Positions 45,228 through 54,018 of a stretch of DNA of 64,000 bases are shown here, piece by piece (position 1 is the stretch's first letter; every line of letters begins with the position of its first letter). The stretch is taken from positions 15,881 through 79,880 of IMG/VR virus record IMGVR_UViG_3300032007_000061; one strand, written 5' to 3'. The notes beneath the pieces are model-generated. The model worked only from the letters and a program-made list of their open reading frames with translations. It was not told the origin of the DNA and did not search any database. This DNA is from a virus (lineage: Duplodnaviria > Caudoviricetes). Position numbers and translations under genes: made by a program.

Positions 45228-45472
45228 AGGATTGTCTTTTTACTTGCAATAAATTCCTTTGCCTCATCCTCAGTATTGAAGAAAGCATCCTTATCAATAA
45301 GCAAGTCATTCTCGCTCTTGACTTTCTCCAATGTCTGAACTCTTGCGTTTACCCATTGAGACAGAAAACTCTTGACTTGTACGGCAAAACCGCATTTCTT
45401 GTTGTCCGCATAAACAGGAACAACTCTGTACTTGGTCTCGAAGAACCTCTTAAATTTTTCCCACATAATCAT
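45224..45472 (-). CDS. Hypothetical protein
   Basis: Operon packing. Confidence 0.65.
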   Translation of the reverse strand: MIMWEKFKRFFETKYRVVPVYADNKKCGFAVQVKSFLSQWVNARVQTLEKVKSENDLLIDKDAFFNTEDEAKEFIASKKTIL

Positions 45473-45514
45473 TATTTTTTTATGGTGAATAATGATTCTG
45501 CTTTCATCAAATTG

Positions 45515-46093
45515 CTATACGTCCAGCGTTTCAAAGCCGTCGTAGTGTTCTATATCCAGTATGTTACAGAATGACGGACATTTCTCATTCCCAACCTGCC
45601 ATGTCTTTGGAACCATGTTGTATGGCCCTTTCCCATATTCTTTTCTGACATCATATCTCAGGCAGTGATAGCGATCGAAGCATCCGAAATTCTCACAATC
45701 GAAGAATCCACGTTTCAGGCGATAGTATATGCGTCTTGTTATCCACCATCCTGTATCTGGCAGCAACTCCCTGAATTGTAGTGGAACCTCGCCTATTTTC
45801 CAGATGTCATTGCTCTTCTTGATGGTGTTGTCTTTTTTTAGGATATACTTCATGTGGCCACCACCAAGCATATCTCCTGGATTCAGTACGGTTTGTGGTG
45901 GCAGGAAGTCATAGCACACACCAGCGATTACCTCTCTGTTAGGACTTTTCTCCTTGATAAACCTTAACCAACTCGCACAATCATGGCAAACAAGCCCTTT
46001 CCATGCCTTGTTAAAGGCAAGGCCATCGGTAGTGCTGGTGAAATCCCAGAACATCTTACCGCAACAGGGGCATTTACGCTGGTGGGTGCTCAT
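45515..46093 (-). CDS. Zinc-binding hypothetical protein
   Basis: CPCCG, CHDC, CENFGC motifs; translationally coupled to the recombinase. Confidence 0.75.
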   Translation of the reverse strand: MSTHQRKCPCCGKMFWDFTSTTDGLAFNKAWKGLVCHDCASWLRFIKEKSPNREVIAGVCYDFLPPQTVLNPGDMLGGGHMKYILKKDNTIKKSNDIWKIGEVPLQFRELLPDTGWWITRRIYYRLKRGFFDCENFGCFDRYHCLRYDVRKEYGKGPYNMVPKTWQVGNEKCPSFCNILDIEHYDGFETLDV

Positions 46094-46677
46094 ATTTCTA
46101 TCGAATTGAATACGCTGCCTATCTCATTACTTCTCAGTCCGATGTAAATCTTCGTTGTCTGGATAGACTGGTGTTTGAATATCTGGTTGAGGATGACCAG
46201 TGATTCCTCAGTGCGCCCCATCTTGTTATACACATATCGCCCGAAAGTCTTTCGAAATGTATGGCTGCTGAAATTGCCGACCTTGATATTGTACTTTTCT
46301 TTCAGCCCTTTCAGCATACGGTCAATGTATTGGCGCGTATAGATTTTATTTGTTCTATTATTTATAAATATGTACCTGTGCGCATTAGGCTTTTTCATTT
46401 TCTTGTATAGTTCAGCCAAATGCTCTGATGTGTTGGAGCCGATAGGTATGGTTTTCACCTTACCAGTCTTTTTCTCCTGAACGGTTATTTCACGTCTATC
46501 AAGCACCTCACTCCATGTCAGCTTCAATACGTCACTGATTCGTAGTGCGAGACAGAATGAAAGGATGCAGTAAGTACACCATAGGTATTTACCATCATCT
46601 TCTAAACTCTTCACCAGCCTTTGATACTCTTCAAATGGCAGGTAGTCTGATGTTGTAATGGAACCTCGTAAACTCAT
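46090..46677 (-). CDS. Short tyrosine recombinase (catalytic domain only)
   Basis: ALRISD (R), EKKTGK (K), SHTFRK (HxxR), FKHQS (H), TKIY (Y). Confidence 0.9.
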   Translation of the reverse strand: MSLRGSITTSDYLPFEEYQRLVKSLEDDGKYLWCTYCILSFCLALRISDVLKLTWSEVLDRREITVQEKKTGKVKTIPIGSNTSEHLAELYKKMKKPNAHRYIFINNRTNKIYTRQYIDRMLKGLKEKYNIKVGNFSSHTFRKTFGRYVYNKMGRTEESLVILNQIFKHQSIQTTKIYIGLRSNEIGSVFNSIEI

Positions 46678-46700
46678 ATTATTTGATTTTGATTCGGCTG

Positions 46701-46708
46701 CAAAGGTA
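46701..46708 (-). promoter_or_regulatory. Bacteroidetes -7 promoter for the short recombinase
   Basis: TACCTTTG on the minus strand. Confidence 0.6.
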
Positions 46709-46820
46709 GGAAAAATATTTTAGAATTTGATAACATTTTGCATAAAAGTTTGGTTAAATATTGTGAACGATATTATAAACCATTGAGAACGTGACAGTTA
46801 AATATTTCCTAAAATACTAA

Positions 46821-46852
46821 CAAAAAGTAACGGGCAGCCAGAAAGCCACCCG
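46821..46852 (-). terminator. Terminator after dut
   Basis: CGGGTGGC/GCTGCCCG stem then TTACTTTTTG on the minus strand. Confidence 0.65.
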
Positions 46853-46885
46853 AAACCTAACACATCGAATATGGGAATGATTGTA

Positions 46886-47329
46886 TTACTTGACACCAGA
46901 GTGTCCGAATCCTTGCTCTCCACGTTCTGATTCATCCAGTGTTTCAACCTCAATCAGTTCAGCCGTTTCGTGCTTTGCGATAACCAGCTGTGCGATACGG
47001 TCATTAGGTTCGATGAAGAACGTCTCATTGGAGAGATTGATGAGCAGTGCACCGATTTCGTTTCTAAAACCGCTGTCTATTGTGCCTGGAGCATTGAGAA
47101 CGGTGATACCATGTTTTAGTGCAAGTCCACTGCGAGGTCTTACTTGTGCCTCATAACCGATTGGCAGCTGAATCTTAATGCCAGTAGGAATCAGCTTGCG
47201 CTCCATTGGCTGTAACACTACTTGCTCACTGATGTTTGCTCTCAGGTCCATTCCAGCGTCTGTAGGAGTTGTGTAGGCTGGAAGTGGATTGTTTGATACG
47301 TTGATTACTTTAACTTTGATTTTTTCCAT
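46886..47329 (-). CDS. dut: Trimeric dUTPase
   Basis: [37 protein letters not shown]. Confidence 0.96.
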   Translation of the reverse strand: MEKIKVKVINVSNNPLPAYTTPTDAGMDLRANISEQVVLQPMERKLIPTGIKIQLPIGYEAQVRPRSGLALKHGITVLNAPGTIDSGFRNEIGALLINLSNETFFIEPNDRIAQLVIAKHETAELIEVETLDESERGEQGFGHSGVK

Positions 47330-47721
47330 TGTTTACTATGTCTTGCTGTTAATACTTGGAATCTGTTCTTATATTGGCTTTCAAGAATCACCTCATCTTT
47401 CTTCATGTTCCTGGTTGCATAGATATGACGATCAAAACCCATCTGCTTGTCAAAATCCAATAATGTGAGCGCGTTCAAATCATCTACGTCTATGATATAG
47501 TCCTCTGGCACTTCACGAAAATAGAAGCCTTTGGACGAAATCATCTGACCATTGCAGCAGCGTAGGAGAATCTGGTGCTTTGAGCCGGTTATCTTTTCAG
47601 CAGCACTATACGACTGGAAGATGCCAACCAGCTTCAATGAGCGGTCAAATGCCAGTACCCTGAGAGGGTTTCTGAATCTTTCTGCCAACTTAACTTGTTT
47701 CATTAGCGTTTCGTGTATCAA
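47305..47721 (-). CDS. NUMOD1-like HTH DNA-binding protein
   Basis: [30 protein letters not shown]. Confidence 0.55.
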   Translation of the reverse strand: MIHETLMKQVKLAERFRNPLRVLAFDRSLKLVGIFQSYSAAEKITGSKHQILLRCCNGQMISSKGFYFREVPEDYIIDVDDLNALTLLDFDKQMGFDRHIYATRNMKKDEVILESQYKNRFQVLTARHSKQWKKSKLK

Positions 47722-48154
47722 TTATTTCTTGTAGGACCTCATTTGGAACCCTTGTTGCTGCAAGTGTGGCCACCAGTCCATCACTGATTGCAATTCCATT
47801 TTCCATCAGTTCCCATATCATCTGATTGAAGTATGCGAAAACGTCTGGATTGGAGAACTGCAGAAACAGGATTGCGAGGTCTTTGTGCATTAGTATATGG
47901 CCGTCTGTATTCAAGTAGAACAACTCTCTTTCATCCAGTTCAAGCCTTGTTACCAGAGCCGATATGAACACTTTGCATATCCTGCTGAATATCTTGTAGT
48001 CAATAGGCTCCAGCTTTTCCTCTTCATAATAGCATGTCGCGTCGAATACAGACTGGCCGTTTGCGAGGCTTCCGAACTTTAATGACGGGAAGTCGGCAAT
48101 CTCTGTTTTCTCACATTCCACGAGATTCACGAGATTTGTTATCTTGTAGTCCAT
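47690..48154 (-). CDS. KilA-N/APSES-like protein
   Basis: FDAT.. N-term; GHILMHKDLAILFLQFSNPDVFAYFN. Confidence 0.45.
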   Translation of the reverse strand: MDYKITNLVNLVECEKTEIADFPSLKFGSLANGQSVFDATCYYEEEKLEPIDYKIFSRICKVFISALVTRLELDERELFYLNTDGHILMHKDLAILFLQFSNPDVFAYFNQMIWELMENGIAISDGLVATLAATRVPNEVLQEIIDTRNANETS

Positions 48155-48174
48155 TATTCCTCGGTTTCATGTCC

Positions 48175-48624
48175 TTATTTTCCGTATTCGAATACAAACC
48201 ATAGATTCGTTTCCTCGATTTTGAGGATAACATAATCAATCATTGTACCGGCCATGATGTCAACAACTTCTTTTTTAGCCTGTTCGAATGAGTCTGCCTG
48301 GAATAGATAAGTGACTTTCGAATGTTGTTCTTTCTCCGTCTTTTCATTGATAGTGATGAAATCGAGTTTGACCTTATACCAGCGGTCTGCGCTCTCGTCA
48401 TCGTCATTGAAGAACACCTCTTTGTAGGGGGCGATCTTGATAGCCGTCACGTCAAACTCTCCAGAGATATACGATGACATTTCTTCGATGAAACGTTGCT
48501 CGGCCTCAGTAAAGCTCAGTGCATCTACGACGTTTGTTTCTTTGGTCTTTTTAAGTAGACCATCCTCCATTGTTTTTTCGTACTGACAAGTACATTCAAA
48601 CCATTTGCTTGTTTTACTACGCAT
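48175..48624 (-). CDS. DUF4494-family Bacteroidetes phage protein
   Basis: WFEC..QYEK..VVDALSFTEAEQR; DRWYKVKL. Confidence 0.8.
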   Translation of the reverse strand: MRSKTSKWFECTCQYEKTMEDGLLKKTKETNVVDALSFTEAEQRFIEEMSSYISGEFDVTAIKIAPYKEVFFNDDDESADRWYKVKLDFITINEKTEKEQHSKVTYLFQADSFEQAKKEVVDIMAGTMIDYVILKIEETNLWFVFEYGK

Positions 48625-48866
48625 AATAAATAATGTTTAGTGAATAAATTACAGTATCTATTCTATTATAGTTCTCTGTCATTATCTCAGGTTAGAAATT
48701 CAATCGTTATTTATTGTTAAACCCTTTATTTATCGGCATTTTCAGAAATAAAAAGTTTCAAAATTTCTCTGCACATTGAGCTGGTGGTTTGAAGTTAGAG
48801 CGTCATTTCAGAATCAAAAACCACCTCCCAGCCGGCCAAACTATTATTGTAAAAACCCATTATATA

Positions 48867-50207
48867 ATGCGCAAGAGAATTGAAGGAGCATCAAACGGTA
48901 TGTTTGTAGGAACCACCCCACTGGAATCCTATTATAATATTGTGAAAAAGACCGTGCAAGAGTACACATTGGAGCTTACACGGCATTGTCGCTACAAATC
49001 ACTGGTCAGCCAGACTGAGGACGGCACTATTTTGGATGACCGCTCACGTCTTATCGACCAGTATGATGCTTGTCTCATTCAGGATGCTCATTTGCAGGCA
49101 GTTATTGAGACTTTGTTCTCCCACATGCTTGGTGAAAGATATATGCTTGCAAAGCAGGATGCGAATGGTAAATGGGTTCGTGATGTTGAGCAGTCCAAAA
49201 AGATTCAAGGTACACAATTCGAAAAGATTATCAAGGAGATTCTGTATGCACAGCTTTACGGTTACTCTTGCATTGAGATACTTCCAGATGTTGATCCTGT
49301 TACTGGATTGTTGAAAGAAGTCAATTCTATAGAGCGCAGAAATGTGCTCATCAGCCAACGCAGAATCATCCAGCGTCAAGGCCAGTGGCTCCCAGGTTGG
49401 AACATCATGTCTGAGACATATAAGCACAATTATATTCCAATTGACACTGGTGGCCTTGGTTTGTTTGCCTCTACCACCCCATTGGTTCTCGCTAAGAAGT
49501 ACACCATTGCCAATTGGGTCAACTTTAGCCATACATACGGCCAGCCCATCATTCATGGTAAGACACCGAATGAGAGTTCAGATGACCGTAACCGTCTTGC
49601 GCAGGAGATAGCCAATGCAGCCCAGAAAAAGGTGCTGGTTACTGGTACTGATGATTCAATTGACATCAAGACGTTCACGATGTCTAACTCAGAAATGATT
49701 TACAAGAGCCTTTTGGAGTTCACCAACATGGAGATTTCCAATCTGATTCTTGGTTCTGAGAGTATGGCAGGTGCTACTCAGTCGTATGTCGGTTCCACCA
49801 AGGCCCATGAAGATATATTCCGTGCTCGCATTAAGACCTATCGTCGTATCGTTGAGAATGCGATGAACGAGCAGGTTCTTCCAGTGCTGAAATATTGGGA
49901 TTATGTTCCAGCTGATGTGTTCTTCAAATATTCCAATCAGATTGATATGTCGATGGAGAACAAGATTAAGCTGTACGATATGCTTACCAATAAGTACGAA
50001 ATGTCAGCTGAAACCATTGATGCAGACTTTGGTATTACTGTTGGAAAGCAGTTCAATATTGGTATGTCTGGTGGTTCCGTTGCCGGTGGTGAAGATGGTA
50101 ATGATGACCATCATATCATGTCAGATGAGGAATATTATCGCAGGTATGGCCATCGTAGGGGCGAGAAAGTCAATGCTAAAGTAAATTTTCTGGACGAGGT
50201 GCGGTAA
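48867..50207 (+). CDS. Portal protein (DUF935 / Mu gp29-like)
   Basis: LVLAKKY..W..F...YGQPIIHGKT; SQ..VGST..HED; first gene of the head module; ATG 48867 preferred over TTG 48789. Confidence 0.85.
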   Translation: MRKRIEGASNGMFVGTTPLESYYNIVKKTVQEYTLELTRHCRYKSLVSQTEDGTILDDRSRLIDQYDACLIQDAHLQAVIETLFSHMLGERYMLAKQDANGKWVRDVEQSKKIQGTQFEKIIKEILYAQLYGYSCIEILPDVDPVTGLLKEVNSIERRNVLISQRRIIQRQGQWLPGWNIMSETYKHNYIPIDTGGLGLFASTTPLVLAKKYTIANWVNFSHTYGQPIIHGKTPNESSDDRNRLAQEIANAAQKKVLVTGTDDSIDIKTFTMSNSEMIYKSLLEFTNMEISNLILGSESMAGATQSYVGSTKAHEDIFRARIKTYRRIVENAMNEQVLPVLKYWDYVPADVFFKYSNQIDMSMENKIKLYDMLTNKYEMSAETIDADFGITVGKQFNIGMSGGSVAGGEDGNDDHHIMSDEEYYRRYGHRRGEKVNAKVNFLDEVR

Positions 50208-50224
50208 GAGGCGACCGTATCTCG
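50183..50224 (+). other. Predicted -1 ribosomal frameshift signal (portal to minor head protein)
   Basis: In-frame A AAT TTT heptamer, 5-nt spacer, 11-bp hairpin. Confidence 0.65.
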
Positions 50225-51106
50225 AAAGTATATGATAGCCTTACAGAAGAAGAAAAAAATAAAAACCAAAAGGAATCAGAAAATCTTTTGGCTCTCTTCA
50301 CTGATTTGCTGAAAAATATCGGTGACAGAGAATCGAGAGAGCGTATTTTGGGTGAAATGATGTCACTCAGGGCGCAGTATGCCATCGGTCATGCCATTGA
50401 TGGTTTCAAGATGGATATTGACGAGGCATTGACGCTTTTGAAGAATACTAAAGATAATACCCTTACTAAAGAAGATACCGAAAAGCGTGACAGACTGGTA
50501 GCAGCTGTGAATAATCTAACTGAGTTTGCGGTATGCCAGGAATACCAGATGTATAAGGACGTTTTGAGGTACAATCCGAATATTTATGATGAGGAAATAG
50601 ACTTCAATGATGAGGATGCACTTTCTCCTTATTATAATATATGCAATAAGTACAACGACACTTATGCAGCCGTTGAGAATGGCGACATCAAGTATGCTAT
50701 GGGTATAGCATATCAGTGGTTGTGGTGCTCTCCGACAACCTATCTCACTTACATGACACAGAACGATGATCGAGTAAGACCTTGGCATTATGCACTGCAA
50801 GGCTTTACTGCCAGACGTGATGATTTCCCAAGCTGGATGATACCGCCGATTGAATGGGGGTGCCGTTGTTTCCTGATGTCAGAAAGTGGTGAAATTATTG
50901 CCAATAAAGACAGAATAAAAGATGTCAAGGCATCATTTGAGGTTCCTGAGAAACCATCCCAGCTTGACAATGTTTTTGCTGAAAGTGTTGCTAAGTGTGG
51001 CCGTATCTTTGGAAAGGCACACCCATATTTCAAGGTTGCAAGGGCCGATAAGGACAAGCTGAAAGAATATGTTGAAGATATAAGGAAGCAGTATTATGCC
51101 GAATAA
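50189..51106 (+). CDS. Mu F / SPP1 gp7-like head morphogenesis protein (frame open from 50180; first TTG 50288, first ATG 50357)
   Basis: LTYMTQNDDRVRPWHYALQG..PPIEWGCRC. Confidence 0.85.
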   Translation, partial: SGRGAVRGDRISKVYDSLTEEEKNKNQKESENLLALFTDLLKNIGDRESRERILGEMMSLRAQYAIGHAIDGFKMDIDEALTLLKNTKDNTLTKEDTEKRDRLVAAVNNLTEFAVCQEYQMYKDVLRYNPNIYDEEIDFNDEDALSPYYNICNKYNDTYAAVENGDIKYAMGIAYQWLWCSPTTYLTYMTQNDDRVRPWHYALQGFTARRDDFPSWMIPPIEWGCRCFLMSESGEIIANKDRIKDVKASFEVPEKPSQLDNVFAESVAKCGRIFGKAHPYFKVARADKDKLKEYVEDIRKQYYAE

Positions 51107-51845
51107 GAAAGGGACATCACGTACTGGTGGCATAGGTTCCGGCGGTTGGATAAACGTACCTAAAAGCTACAGATATTCATTTCCAAAGGGAATTGTAGAA
51201 AAGAGTCGTTCTGGCAATTTCCGTATTGCACGAAGATTTAGCAAAGAGGAAATGAAGTACCAACCATTTTCTGCATTAAATGCTGGCAGAAGAGGCATCG
51301 GATATATTAGTGGACGTGATTTTTCAAAGCATTTATTCTCTATTCGTGAAAAACTATCTATCAATTCTCAGAATTTTGCCGTTATTGTATCTCTTCGTGC
51401 GATAAAGGTGTTTCAAGATTCTTTTAAATATAAGCGGTTTTATTCAGATGGCGGTGATAAATGGCCGGATTTGGACGAAAAGACTGTAAAAAAACGTATT
51501 AGAAAAAACACATGGCCTGGTGCTGGTGGTATGCTTAGAGAATATGGTGATATGTTTGAATCCATATCTACTACAGCGAGAAACAATAAAAGTGGAGTAA
51601 CTAAAGGCGTTCGTATCTTTACAGACCCATCGAAATATAACGGTCATATTTATTACGATAAAAGGGGTGGCGTTCATAAAGATGGCTCTGGTTTCTTTTG
51701 TTATGCAGGTTTGCATAATGAAGGTGGCCGAATAAGAGGTGGCCATAAATTACCGAAACGCCAATTTATTGGTCATTCAACTTATTTACTAGACTTTGCA
51801 TTTAAGCAAGCTGACAAATATCTGTTCTTTAATGTATTCGATTGA
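51096..51845 (+). CDS. Virion morphogenesis protein (Mu gpG-like)
   Basis: SF...F...G..W; ML..G.MF.SI; YAGLHNEGG..LPKRQFIG. Confidence 0.7.
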   Translation: MPNKKGTSRTGGIGSGGWINVPKSYRYSFPKGIVEKSRSGNFRIARRFSKEEMKYQPFSALNAGRRGIGYISGRDFSKHLFSIREKLSINSQNFAVIVSLRAIKVFQDSFKYKRFYSDGGDKWPDLDEKTVKKRIRKNTWPGAGGMLREYGDMFESISTTARNNKSGVTKGVRIFTDPSKYNGHIYYDKRGGVHKDGSGFFCYAGLHNEGGRIRGGHKLPKRQFIGHSTYLLDFAFKQADKYLFFNVFD

Positions 51846-51859
51846 CCTGATGTCTTTGA

Positions 51860-51868
51860 GACTATAAT
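51860..51868 (+). promoter_or_regulatory. GACTATAAT motif
   Basis: Ends 18 nt before ATG 51886. Confidence 0.55.
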
Positions 51869-51885
51869 AGTGAAAAGACAATTCA

Positions 51886-52653
51886 ATGATAGTTGATAAG
51901 AAAAACGGTCAAGTTATAAGTGGCAATCAAGCCAGCACATCAGCACCTCAGACAACTGAACCAGATGATGCGTATGTTGTTCCGCAGCAGATTCCTGATG
52001 GCGGTATTATTGATGTCGTTAAAGCTATCAAGGCTATTCTTAAAAATGTACGCTGGCAGTATGGTGTTGAGAATAGCCCAAAGATATTCCATACCGTACA
52101 ATGGGATGATGGTCAGTATGAGCGCATTGTCAGAAAAGGTTCAAACAAGGAATATGAGATAGCTTTCCCAGCTGCTTTCGTGCATTTCGTTGACACTGAA
52201 TATTTGGTGTCTCAGAAACGTATCGGTGAAGGACGTGCTAAATTGAGAATCCACTTTATTCTTAACCGGCTCAACACGCATGACGAAGATGTTGAGCTTG
52301 ACCCATTGTATGTTGCCCAGCGAATTGATCAGGAAATCACAGAGCATAAGGGTGAATATGAATGTCTGTCAGAACGCTGCCAGATAGTCTATTGGGATTT
52401 CCCACTCAGTTTCGATGATGGCCTGCAACCTGGATGGCTTACATACGAGATTTGGTTTAGGGAAAAGAGCATCTGGATTGACCGTAAGAAAGTCAAGCGT
52501 CACATGGTTCTTACTCCTTTTACCAACCATTCTGACCAGACAGAAGAGGCCAATGAGAATGGCCACACCAATGCTGACCATCCAGCAGACTTTGATTCAG
52601 CTTCAAGGTATGTGTATCAAATTCCTGAACCACAACAAGAGACTACCGAATGA
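51886..52653 (+). CDS. Structural protein (tail terminator/completion candidate)
   Basis: Position in the morphogenesis cluster; IAFPAAFVHF pattern. Confidence 0.55.
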   Translation: MIVDKKNGQVISGNQASTSAPQTTEPDDAYVVPQQIPDGGIIDVVKAIKAILKNVRWQYGVENSPKIFHTVQWDDGQYERIVRKGSNKEYEIAFPAAFVHFVDTEYLVSQKRIGEGRAKLRIHFILNRLNTHDEDVELDPLYVAQRIDQEITEHKGEYECLSERCQIVYWDFPLSFDDGLQPGWLTYEIWFREKSIWIDRKKVKRHMVLTPFTNHSDQTEEANENGHTNADHPADFDSASRYVYQIPEPQQETTE

Positions 52654-52698
52654 TTAACGCTGTAGAATTGTTAAAACTATTATAAAGAAAACATTTCA

Positions 52699-53985
52699 AT
52701 GAAAGAAAAAACATTAAAATTCGTCAAGGGTGAGATTGCGCAGGGTAAACCTGCCAACATCTATTTCTATGACGATGTGGACTATTGGGATGTGCGCTCA
52801 TTCATCAGTGAGTTCCAGTATCTCGAAAACTATGTGAAGCCGTCAAAGATTCGTATTCACATCATTTCTGCTGGCGGTTCGTGCTTTGAGGGTATCAAGG
52901 CTTTCTCAGTTATCCTTGGTTCCCAGACACCTACAGAGACTATCAATGACGGTCTTGCTGCTTCTATGGGTTCTGTTATTTGGGCCGCTGGTAAGGAGCG
53001 TTTTATGCGTGACTATGCCGTGTTGATGATCCACAATCCTCGCATTGACGATGAGGAACTGGATGAAGATGGCAAGCAGGCAGTTGCCGCTTTCCAGAAG
53101 CAGTTGAAGATTATCTATCAGCAGCGTTTCGGCTTTGATGATGAGAAAGTCCAGAAGATTATGGATGGTGAGGAAGATGTCGATGGCACATGGCTGTTTG
53201 CAGAAGATGCGGTTGAAGCCGGTATCATTGATGATGCTCACGTCATCAAGAGTTCCAAAGAGGTTGTGGCTAAAGTTGCCGCTTCCATTGACGGTGTGAA
53301 GAACCTCAGTGCCATTGGCTCCGTGATGATGACCCAGCACCTTTTGGAAAAACAAAAGAACACTTCGACAACTATAAGTGAAAAAGAAGTCACTGATTCA
53401 CTTCAATTTAATCAAAACAAAAAAACAATGACAGAAAACGAAATCAAAATGGTAGCAGCCCAACTCGGTATTGCTGAGGACAAGGCTACTGGTGCAGCCA
53501 TTACCGAAAAGGTCAATGCGCTGCTTACCAAGGAGAAGCAGTTTGATTCTGTTAAGGCAGAGTTGCAGACCACCAAGGAGTCGCTGGCTGCCAAGGAGAC
53601 AGAGTTGACTGGTTGTAAAGCGTCGATTGAGAATCTGACGCAGAATCTCAACAGCGTGAAGGACGAGCTTCAGGTCTATAAGGACAAGGAGGCAGAGGTT
53701 CGCAACGCTGAGATTACCTCTATGGTTGAAGCTGCAATCGCAGCTGGTAAGATTGCCAAGGAGTCGAAAGACACTTGGGTTAAGCTGGCAACTGACAACT
53801 TCGAGTTGGCCAAGCAGACACTGGACGGCATTGCTGCCCGTGACAATATTTCCGCTAAGATTGCCAATGACCCTGCCAATCAGGGCGCTGCTGCAGAGGG
53901 CATGAAGTCTGAGGAGCAGATTGTCAAGGAGAAGGTGGAGGCTGCTGTTGGCAAGGACTTCAAGCTGTTGACCCCCAACTTCTAA
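52699..53985 (+). CDS. ClpP-type prohead protease with a C-terminal coiled-coil scaffold
   Basis: ISAGGSCFEG, LAASMGSVI (Ser), MIHNP (His); directly precedes the capsid gene. Confidence 0.9.
   Translation: MKEKTLKFVKGEIAQGKPANIYFYDDVDYWDVRSFISEFQYLENYVKPSKIRIHIISAGGSCFEGIKAFSVILGSQTPTETINDGLAASMGSVIWAAGKERFMRDYAVLMIHNPRIDDEELDEDGKQAVAAFQKQLKIIYQQRFGFDDEKVQKIMDGEEDVDGTWLFAEDAVEAGIIDDAHVIKSSKEVVAKVAASIDGVKNLSAIGSVMMTQHLLEKQKNTSTTISEKEVTDSLQFNQNKKTMTENEIKMVAAQLGIAEDKATGAAITEKVNALLTKEKQFDSVKAELQTTKESLAAKETELTGCKASIENLTQNLNSVKDELQVYKDKEAEVRNAEITSMVEAAIAAGKIAKESKDTWVKLATDNFELAKQTLDGIAARDNISAKIANDPANQGAAAEGMKSEEQIVKEKVEAAVGKDFKLLTPNF
53428..53985 (+). CDS. Putative nested scaffold protein (internal in-frame start)
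   Basis: A-rich initiation region TTAATCAAAACAAAAAAACA-ATG inside the protease gene. Confidence 0.55.
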   Translation: MTENEIKMVAAQLGIAEDKATGAAITEKVNALLTKEKQFDSVKAELQTTKESLAAKETELTGCKASIENLTQNLNSVKDELQVYKDKEAEVRNAEITSMVEAAIAAGKIAKESKDTWVKLATDNFELAKQTLDGIAARDNISAKIANDPANQGAAAEGMKSEEQIVKEKVEAAVGKDFKLLTPNF

Positions 53986-54018
53986 TCGAGTATTCACTAA
54001 AAACAAATAATAAAAGCA

